From NCBI GenBank assembly GCA_047967505.1, contig CM106538.1: a DNA stretch of 64,000 nt; one strand, 5' to 3'. This DNA is from Dipteris shenzhenensis (Eukaryota). A program made the translations under genes and the position numbers. The notes beneath the pieces are model-generated. The model made no database searches, was not told the DNA's origin, and saw only the letters and a list, made by a program, of their open reading frames with translations. This document shows, in pieces, positions 13,350-22,860 of the stretch (position 1 is its first letter; each line of letters opens with the position of its first letter).

Positions 13350-15290
13350 ACATGGATGATGGTGTTATTATCTATCGATTATGCATTTATCATCTTTCGA
13401 TTCCTTAGCTCTCTCGCTCACTAAGAAGAACATGCATAACAAAAGAGAGGGCTCGCTAAGTATAATCATAAGTGTGAATGCGTCATAAAAATGGAACTCT
13501 ACATACTCAATCGATGAATAGGATGACCTTCCCCTTTTTAAAAAATCCAAAATAATAAAATTCAAAGAGAAAATTAAAAAAATTATAAAAGAAAAAAGAA
13601 AAATGCATAGATGATGTATGGGGAGAGGCGGCACACTTTCTCTCCAATTATTTTTAATATGAGAGGGTGTGCCCCCTCTCTCATCAGCTTTGGTTTCAAT
13701 CCTACATTTAGCTTCGCTTTTAGCTCTATTTTTTGCTTAGCTTTTTGTTCTACTTTATTGAATTTAAATCTCAAAAGTTTACCTATAATGGTTTGCTCAT
13801 ATGCTCCTTTTGTTGATAGCGATTATGTTGGAATTAATACCTACAAAGCAAAAAAAACACATTTCTAGCAAATGGGAAAGACTAGTTTGACAATAGAAAA
13901 AAATATGTAAGAATTATTTGTGGTATATATTTGTTTTATTGAATACCATGTTGAAGAAGATGAACATCCAATTAAAGGAAGTGTCTTTCTCTGTGGGTGT
14001 GACAAATTGAGATCCACTCCCCAACGCCACTATGTTCAAAACAAAGAATAAAAAGGATTTTAGCCTACTAGGTAGATGTTGTGTGTGAGAATTCTCTTGC
14101 AATGCTATTGCGTTACCTACTAGCATGTAGACCTATGTTGATATCAAGCAAAAGCTTAACAACCTGATTTTGTTGGACTATTTAATTCAACTTTGAATAT
14201 TCTTTGTTGAGGACATGCAAAAGCTCACCATTGCAAAGATGATTTGAAACTTGCTTCCCTTCCAAACTCTAATCAGGTATAGTTCAAAGAATTCATTGAA
14301 CGCAAAGTATCCACAACCTAGTGTAATTTTTCCATAGGTTTCTCTTGTTGTTAAGTATTGAATCCATGAAGCAAAGTCCATCCCTTGGTCCCCTTGTCTA
14401 CTTCCTCCTCCAAATTTTGTGGCTTCCTTACTCCTATGCAAATGCAATGCTCGAAGGAGTGGCATAGCTAGAAATGTTATGTAGAAAAGTAGCCTTGATT
14501 AGAATATTGCAAGTCATTAGCAAATAACCAATGCAAGAAAAAAGTGTTGGTGTAGCCCTTGAGATGCACAATTCCACTAGTCCTTTTAACGATGTGCCTT
14601 ATTCTTTCTTCCAAGACAAGTTGGTAGACTCATTTTGGATTGCAATTTTATTTTGATTAGTACGCATTCTTGTTTCATATTTTGTAAGTAGACCACTCGC
14701 CCTTATCTTTGATGATCCATGTGCTTCATCAGCATGGTCTTCCTCATTGTTTCCCTTTCCCTCACAATTGTTGGTTTGCCAATGGACGAAAAGCGATACT
14801 TTAATCTGGCAACAAATTTATATCAATGGAAATATTTGTGTATCCTATTTCACAAGCAAATTTTATGTTTAACTCATAGATATCTCGTAGTACTCAAGGC
14901 ATTACCCTAATGTTTTCAGGTACAATAATGTTGTCTTTACATGACCAACCTAGTCTATCAAACAAAAAGCTAGCCTCTCCTCAAGACACGTTTTTATCTT
15001 GGAGCCCTTAGATTTCTTATGATCTAAGGGGTCTAAGCGTTTCTTTACGCTACAATCGGTCGACTTGTTGTTGCTTGCCACTTAGGCTTCTTTGTTGCTT
15101 TTGATTCTTCCACTTCTTCATATATATGCCATGGCCTATTGCTAAGCATCCTAGTTGTCCTCCTCATCTACTTTTTTCCACTCCCAACTCCTAGCCCACA
15201 CTAACCTATTGGCTACTATGAAAGGACTGGACCTTAGCCACACCATAAGTTTTCTTAATGCAATCGAGATAATCATGACAATGTTGATCT
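13350..15290 (-). mobile_element. Possible highly decayed LINE (RT region)
   Basis: AT-rich, no long ORF; weak RT-like remnants on the minus strand (VKLLLDI near 14140-14162). Boundaries approximate. Confidence 0.25.
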
Positions 15291-15569
15291 TTGTGTTGAT
15301 GCACTAATGTTCACTGGCACATCAATCATCATTGTTGATCATGCAATCCTCATGGTAGAAGAAGCTTAGATGGGCTGAATTCAAAGTGTCTAGGAATAGG
15401 GGCTTGGCCGGTATAGAGATGGATACGGAGAGAGTAGAATAACCTTGCCAATCATGAGTCTCCCTAGGAGGGAAATAGTAGCATTGCCTATATGGAGCCA
15501 GATATGAGCTTGGCAGCAGCACTCTCTACTCTCTCAATCATGTGCTAATTTTATTTTTCCTTATGCATA

Positions 15570-17538
15570 TCTACTGGAGAAGTTCTACTAAGACGCATTC
15601 ATGATATTCAATGTATGCGCCTGTCACAAACCCCTCACAAACGAGTATTTCATTTCATGCAAGCAAGTCGTGATATGTGGATGCATCGTTGCCATCATTG
15701 GGATACAAATCTCTATACTAGTTCAACAAGATAGGGAAACCCATCTTCCTTGGATGATATCCTAATCCGGGTGTGATTTCTTAGCGATCTTAGACCACGA
15801 AGAGTTATTAAAGTTGGACTTTTTGAATGCTTAGATTCCCTTTCAAAGAAAACTGCATTGAAAACTTGATGCTTGACATAGGGAAGGAGGCATGAGGTTT
15901 TTTTTTTAAGTCCATGGAAATACCCATTTGCAGTAGGAGTCGAAGTGTACCTCATAAGATTAGAGGCAGAGTTGTTGTGCGAAAGGATGTATGGAGGAGA
16001 ATCAGCTATGACAAAAGCAAGTAGGGCGGGCAATAGTTAGATTTGTGGGGTTTAACTCTTGTGTTGGGTGAAATAATCAAGGAAGTGGGATGATACATCT
16101 CAATCATAGAAGAGCACAATCTAGAGAGAGCAAGCCAGGAACGTGGAGGCATTGAAGGGGTCGAAAGAGTCGCATTCAAATTTGAAGTGGTTTTTTGACC
16201 AAACCGATATCCCAAGTGTGATCAAAGGTCGTAACAATGGCGAGTTACTTGAAGTTGAGGGCTATGGATCCTACTGTGTAGAATGGCATCTAGCTGTTGA
16301 CCTCAAGACTGTTAAATTTATGTTTAATGTGGCACATGGAGAAAATACAAGCCATCCTTGTCCACCGTGCATGCAAACGAGAGTACCTGCAAAGGGTGGT
16401 AAAAAGAATCAAAACCAATGGGCTTCTAAACTTGCAGAGATAGATCAAACTAAGGCATCGGATAGGGATGCTCCAGGGAAAGATCCATCATGGAGCCCAA
16501 TTCTTGAAATTCCTCTTGAGCGAGTACACATTTGTGCGCTTCATGCTATTGTGAGAATAATTGAAAAGTTGGTGCATTTGTACATCATTGATGCATATAA
16601 CTTGAACCCCAACAAGAGAGTGAGAGCATGATTGCAAGAATTGAAAAGGTTCTTTCAGATATGGGACTACACTCTAGGCAAGTAAAGATTACAAAAGATG
16701 AGAAAATATGAGAAAAGATCTAGAAAAACAAGCAATGTTCCTTGTAAGCCAACCTTTGGTGGTGTCAAGGCTTTAAAATTCATTTTTGCAAAGAGGAAGA
16801 ATGACAAGCTCAAACGTGCTAATGAGTTTGATGTATGAGAAAGTTACACAATGCCTATTGTGAAGGAGGGGGGAAGGGACAAAAAAGATTGGAAAAGGCA
16901 CAAGTGTGGTGAGCTCTTGCTAGCTTGGTACCTTTACTACAAAAGAAAAGATTCGAAGATGATGATGCATAGTGTTTCATCAATGCTATGAATGACTTTA
17001 GCTGGAATATGGAGATAGCTTGGGGAAAGAATCATTTCACACAGTACATAGTAATCTCTAGCTTGGACATTGAGATGTGCATATTGAATGATCCTATATT
17101 TACTAATTTGTTTTTTCTATTTGGCAGCACATTTTATATGCGCATGCATCACACATGGCATGGAATTATGGAAGCGTTGGAGTGTGGTCCACTCACGGCA
17201 TGGAAAGATCACATTAGCAAGCATGTTGTGCATATAATAGAGCGACCCAACATGGGGGAGGTAGAACTAAGTCAAGCCCAATGGTTCAATTGGTTCAATG
17301 GTGATACTACAGGTTTATCGAAATAAGAGCAGCTGTAACACTAGCATTCAAAGAGTCCTTGGTGTCCCATGCAGTGCAAGATGTTAATGCAGAACGTAAA
17401 AAAAGAATATACAACTCATCAAATGCAAGATAGAATCATGCACGGTGGTATGCAACCCGTCAAAAACAAGGGCGCATATGGGTGGAGATAGATGAAAATG
17501 ATGGTGTAGACTCTTCCAATGTGGATGTCCATGCATAA
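15570..17538 (+). pseudogene. Decayed DDE transposase of RAG1/Transib-like type, with a 77-nt intron
   Basis: Colinear motifs: ISYD (D at 16010, tentative), KESHSNL, HLAVDLK (D at 16299), CPPC, ICALHAIVRIIEKL, TFGGVKALKF and, after splicing GT-AG intron 17051-17127, TQYIHILYAH...YGSVGVWSTHGMERSH (E at 17203). Several stops and frameshifts. 5' boundary uncertain. Confidence 0.8.
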
Positions 17539-17718
17539 GTTTCAGAATTTCATTGTAATTTTAGTTATGTGATTTGCAGTAAAGTCAACATATAATGGCC
17601 ATAAGTTGTAGTATAAATGAGAAATTTTGAGTTATTAGATGTTAATTATAAGTATTCTCAAGGTTGCACCAATTTTACTTTTATTAGAGTTTTCATTAAA
17701 ATAACTATTTTTTAAAAT

Positions 17719-17741
17719 TAGGGTTTTGGGCCCTATATAAA
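17719..17741 (+). promoter_or_regulatory. Telo-box + site II + TATA cluster upstream of the histone H3-like gene
   Basis: TAGGGTTT (17719-17726), TGGGCC (17727-17732) and TATATAAA (17734-17741), 133 bp before the ATG at 17874. Confidence 0.5.
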
Positions 17742-17873
17742 AGAATGGGTCCTCATTTTTATTTCATTGTTTAAATAGCTCTCCAATACCACACCACCTC
17801 CCACTTGCCCCTGACATTTCCACGCTATCTCTTGCCACCTGACCCTTTCTCTCGCACACTCTCTCCACCCCCC

Positions 17874-18656
17874 ATGGGTAGGCCCAAGATCAAGGCACCA
17901 TGGAGACTGGCACAGCAAGACCCACCTCCAGATTCAAAGACATAGAGTGATAGCATCCCCCCCTCTCCCCTCGATGATCCCCTCGAAGGGAGAAACTGCC
18001 AATCCGGAAGCTAGATAGAGATCAAGGAGTAGGCCCGTAGACAGAGGGATAGAGGAAGTCACAAGAGGATCATTATGCAAAGGCCAATGGATCAGAGAAC
18101 ACAGAGGAGGGGCGCGTCGAAGAGGAACAATGAAGGACAGAGCAGAGGACTTAGGCAAGAATAGACAATCAGGGTCCATGCAACTGGGGGAGAGGACACT
18201 GAGCTCCAAGTCTAGGGCAAAGAGTCCCTAAACATCCAGGAAGAGGCCCTCCACATCAAGGGCAAAGAGGCCCTCCTCCAGTGAGAAGATACAGATTCAA
18301 GCCGGGGACGGTGGCACGTTAGGAGATCAGAAAGTTTCAAAAGTCCATCGATCTGTTCATCCCGATGGCGAGCTTCGCAAGGGTACGCGAGGTCATGCAG
18401 GACCTCAACAATGGCTCAACGTCCTGGTTTTATAGGTGCAGAGTTGTGAAGGCTCCCTAGCGTATTTCTAGGGACTCCTTGCTTGCCATGCAGCATGCAT
18501 TTGAGGCCTACCTAGTAGATCTACCTCATGGATGACACCCAGTTTGTTGCCATCCATAAGAAAAGGGTCATGGTGACCGCCAAAGACATGCAGTTTATTG
18601 TCCATCTTAGGAACCCCAAGGGCACTTACGAATGTTGTATGCTCTGCCTTGGGTGA
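17874..18656 (+). pseudogene. Decayed divergent histone H3 / CENH3-like gene with long N-terminal tail
   Basis: From 18284: RRYRFKPGTVAR*EIRKFQKSIDLFIPMASFARVREVMQDL-(long loop)-RISRDSLLAMQHAFEAYLVDL, frameshift at about 18521-18524, then MDDTQFVAIHKKRVMVTAKDMQFIVHLR. This is a recognisable H3 histone fold. Probable start MGRPKIKAPWR at 17874. Stops at 18320 and 18458. Confidence 0.9.
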
Positions 18657-18716
18657 TAGTTAGAGTTCATGTACTCTGCCTATGGGCATCTGTCTTGTAT
18701 CAGCCTCTTTTCAATA

Positions 18717-18838
18717 TAATAAAAAGTCTTTTTTTGATTTGTCTTGTATGTGCAATCTCAAATTTATTTTCATTGTAATAAAATGTCTTTTTTTGAATTG
18801 GCTTTGTATGTACAATCTCAAATTTATTTTCATTGTAT
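18717..18838. repeat. 60-bp AT-rich tandem duplication in the H3-like 3' region
   Basis: AATAAAA.GTCTTTTTTTGA...CAATCTCAAATTTATTTTCATTGTA occurs twice, each copy with AATAAA. Confidence 0.85.
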
Positions 18839-19081
18839 TTGCAATCTATTAATTTACTTACATGCATTTACTTATGAAAGACTTTCTAATGATGTATACA
18901 ATAGCAAAATGAAATAATAAACATCGAATCTTAATAGAACATGCAAAAGGAATAATACTCAATTTTACTTAACATGGAAAAGGAAGCAATGTTCTGTAGC
19001 GAGAAGATAAAATAATTTGAAAATGGTATTCTTTATTGATATAGAGTAGTATTACAAAGAGCACCCACTTAAATGCACAAG

Positions 19082-19530
19082 CTACTCTAGTCTACGCCTA
19101 CACTTCTTTCTGCTTGGCTCAGTTCCCTTTTTTGCTTGCTCAAGTAGAGAGGGTTGCACAATTTCATTCTCTATAGCCTGGGGATCTGTAATGCTAGCTA
19201 GCCTTACAATAGCTATGATACTATGGAGAGGACCAGATCGTGTGGCCAAGAACAAAAATAAAGCTACACGATGCCTAACCAAAACAACACGATCTGCAGT
19301 AGGACGGATGGGCCTCATCTTCACCATCCAACTGAGGACCCTAAACTTTATGATATTCAGCTTTCCATCCGGCGATGCGATGGAACACCAAAATGTGTTG
19401 AGTCACTCTGTTGATGTAGTGGCCGATCAAAGTCATCCCCCCACCAGAAGACCCTCTGGTTCCACTCTTGCGTCTGGTATATTCATCAACCCATAAGATA
19501 TCCTACAACCAACATATCCTTATAGAAATT
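19082..19530 (-). pseudogene. Unidentified decayed coding-like segment convergent on the H3-like gene
   Basis: Balanced-composition block between AT-rich DNA and the fold-back repeat; minus-strand ORF 19082-19327 ends in a basic stretch (RKKCRRRLE). No family recognised. Confidence 0.3.
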
Positions 19531-20270
19531 GGGCTCTGGTCGCATGATGTCAGATTTAGGGCTTGCAGGGGTTTTTTTGTCATACAAATCATGCACATGG
19601 TTGTTGATGTCTCAGTGGCCTCCCAAATATGATTTTTTAAACATATTATTTTTCATATGTGAAAAAACCGTAAAACTAATTATATTCCATGTGGCCTAAA
19701 TAAAAACCATAAACCTGTTATCTTCCCTATGTTACAAAACCATAACCCTTAAAATTTGGTTGGGTTTTGTATCCTAAAGCCTAAACCCTATTTTTGGGAG
19801 GCCACTGAGACATCAACAACAATGTGCATGACTTGTATGCAAAAAAGCCCCTTGCAAACCTTAATATCATCCCCTCTCTCTATACTCAAAAAGGTAGAGA
19901 AAGAGCGAAAAATGATAGAACACTCGTTTTTCTCACTCCTTTCGTTGAGGGATGATTGAGGGAGAGAGACAGAGATTGTATTTCAAATTGCTAGGCTTTA
20001 GAAGTATTTGAGAAAGAAGGAAGAAAAAGAGATCCTAATCAAAGAGTTTTGGGAGGGAGAGAGAGAGTGATATAATATTGATAATGTTTTCTTTGTTTAT
20101 GGAGAAACAGAGTAGGAAGAGAGCATATCTTAAACTAAGTATTTCAAAATAATTTGATGTTTGTTTGTGTGAGGGGTATCTTGGAAGACAGACTGAGAGA
20201 GATAGAAGTATTCTATGTTCTTTGAAATAATTTTTGTTTGTTTTTGTGAGAGGTTTAGTTAAAGGAGAGA

Positions 20271-20306
<36 letters not shown>

Positions 20307-21650
20307 CTTGCAAAGAAAGAGAAAGAGAGAAGAGAAGACATAAATTTTGAGGGTCTATGGAAGTAGAAAGCGGTAGAAAGAGCTAATTTTAATCATATGG
20401 TACAGGGGCAAAAACTATGAAAGTAGAAAATGATAGATATAGAAGTAGTTTACAGTCTGTTGTACTGAAGAATGTTAAGGATGAGCATGGGGAATGGATT
20501 CCTAAGCTCTACAGGAAATATTCTTGGATCACAATGCAAGCCACTAATCGTGGGTGCTACAAAGTGGGTTGGAAGGATGCAATGGACATCTCCAAACATT
20601 GGAAGGGAAGAATCTTAGATTTTGAAATTTCTCCTGGTAGCAACACAGTGACACAGGTATATATTCAGCACGTCTTTACCCATGCAAACATATACGTGAA
20701 TTCAAATGCATGACTTCCATATCGTAAGCCCAATTGTAAGTTTTTCAAAGTGCACTAGTACTTCATTTGCATTTTAGAGTATTTGCATTTATTTGGGGAC
20801 TTTGACACAACTGTCTTATGCCTTGTATTTATTTTACAGATTTATATCCATCTACTTTACAAAGAGTGGGAGCCTGCAGCATGCATAATTGGGGTGTTGC
20901 ATGTCCATGTTGAGATCGGGAGTCTTCAATATGAAGGTCACACACCATCAGAATTAAAAAAGGATGGGATCTTCTTCTATGACTCAATGTTCATTGTGCT
21001 AGATGAAGAAGGATAGTATGGTAGTCTAGGTTCCATTTTAGCAACAAATATCATTGCTTTGTTTTCAACTAGTAGGGAAAAAAATAGGGTTTAGGGTTTA
21101 GGGTACAAAATCCAACCAAATTTTATGATTTTAAACCTAGGACATCCTACCACTGCCACTTGCCCCTGCAACTCCATTTGTGGAAAAAATTAGGGTTATG
21201 GTTTTATAACATAGAAAAATAATATTTTTAAAAAATCATATGTGGGAGGCCATTGAGACATCAACCATGTACATGATTTGTATGTAAAAAAACTCCCTGC
21301 AAACCCTAAATCTGACATCGTGCGACCAGAGCCCTATTTAGAGTACAAAACCCAACCAAATTTTATGGTTTTAAACCTAGGACATCTTGCCACTACGACT
21401 TGCCCCTGCAACTCCATTTGTGGAAAAAATTAGGGATATGGTTTTGTAACATAGAAAAATAATATGTTAAAAAAATCATATTTGGGAGGCCATTGAGACA
21501 TCAGCAACCATGTGCATGATTTGTATGCAAAAAAACCCCCCTACAAACCCTAAATTCGACATTGTGCAACTAGAGCCCAGTTTGACTCTCTATACTCCAA
21601 AAAGGTAGGGAAAGAATCGAAAATGAGAGAGCCGTTTTTCTCACTCCTTC
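19531..21650. repeat. Fold-back repeat complex: long inverted repeats plus a 240-bp tandem pair
   Basis: 19531-19690 is the reverse complement of about 21180-21334 and 21420-21578; 19553-19632 also pairs with 19790-19865; 21101-21340 and 21341-21580 are tandem copies; 19790-19942 is a direct repeat of 21479-21650. Confidence 0.9.
20406..21016 (+). pseudogene. Decayed two-exon fragment encoding a BAH-like domain
   Basis: Acceptor at 20405 and intron 20736-20839 (GTAAGT...TTTACAG). Joined peptide WKGRILDFEI...VTQVYIQHVF...KPNYLYPST-(fs)-KEWEPAACIIGVLHV...DGIFFYDSMF follows the BAH pattern (W.ARI.E, V.V.W, NEL..S, I.G...V, FF). One stop (20711) and one frameshift. Assignment is by eye. Confidence 0.5.
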
Positions 21651-22860
21651 CAACCAGATTTAGGTCGCAACTTTGGTTCCTAAGAGAGAGTGAAATAAGT
21701 AGAGAATGAATGGAAGAGAAGATGGATGAACAGAGCTTGGCCAGAAGTTTCTCTGAGAGATTTTCAAATGTGGAAGAAAAACGTGAGCAAAGAGGAGAGA
21801 GAATGACTAATCAAGAGTGGAGGAATGAAGATATTTTGAAACCAGCTATACTAGAAAGTGGTAGGAATGAATGTTTGAAACGTTTTGGAAGAGAGAGAAT
21901 AGGGAGAGAGCTAGTTAGGAAGACAAAGTTTGGGCCAAATGGTTGAATCAAATGGAAAACGTGAGCATAGTTCTAGCTAGGGGATAGTTTGCCATGGGAG
22001 GAAAACAAGGAATCCTAACATGTTCAGGGCAAGCCTGCCAAAGATAATTTTTAATTGTAAAGCACCAATGACGTTTTTTGGGGTCTTTAAAAAAAAACCT
22101 GAAATTTCCTCTAGATTTGGGGAGCCTCTATTAATAGAATCCACATGGCATGATCTCCTTCATGGATACCATAATCTCTTATCCAAGCCTCTAATATTTT
22201 AGTAATTCTCCAAAGGGCCCCTTTTTGAGTCCACTCAGCTTGCCCACAAAAATATACGAGACCAAGAAGCGACAGTTGTCATAGAAAGAGGTTGTCAATA
22301 GATATACTGCTGGTCAAGGCTTGCTTTTAAGCCTGCTAAGTAATACTATGCAAAAGATTTGTGTGTGATCATCTCAAGTCTAAGTGCTAGCCATGGACAC
22401 TTTGAAAAAAAATAAGGCTGAGGCCACTATCATCAAGTTCAACGGTTGTAACTTTGCTACCTAGCAATTATCTACATGATTAGGGCTCATACAAAATAGC
22501 TTATGAAGCATAGTTTTGGGAGACAAAAAGAGACCATCAAATGGAGATGTGGAAAAGTTGGCTTGGGACAAGAAGGGGAGGGGGGGGTAAGCTCAATATG
22601 TCCATAATAAAAACTCCAAGAGAAAGGAAAGGGAGGCAAGGGGAGAGGGAGGGGGGGGGGGAGAAGGTAAAAAGAGGGGTAAGTAACTCATAAGTAATTA
22701 AGTGTTAGGGGAAGTATGTGTGTGTGTGTGTGTGTGTGAATTGTTAATGAAAGGAGGGGTGGTGTGTGTATTTGTGCATGTGAGTGTGTAAGTAGAGAGG
22801 GAAGTGTTATGTATGTGTGATTGTGTGTGTGAGAGTCAGAGTACAAGGGGGCAATAAAAT

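Noticed and set aside
15570-17538. Ordinary CACTA/EnSpm TnpD assignment
   Set aside because: Lacks the NDFPA, DVMH and WMY.FER signatures; DxK, LHxxxR and GSxGxWSxxGxE fit the RAG1/Transib side better. Not formally excluded without a profile search.
15200-22300. RSS-like CACAGTG termini for the putative element
   Set aside because: No convincing heptamer-type inverted pair or 5-bp TSD seen by eye.
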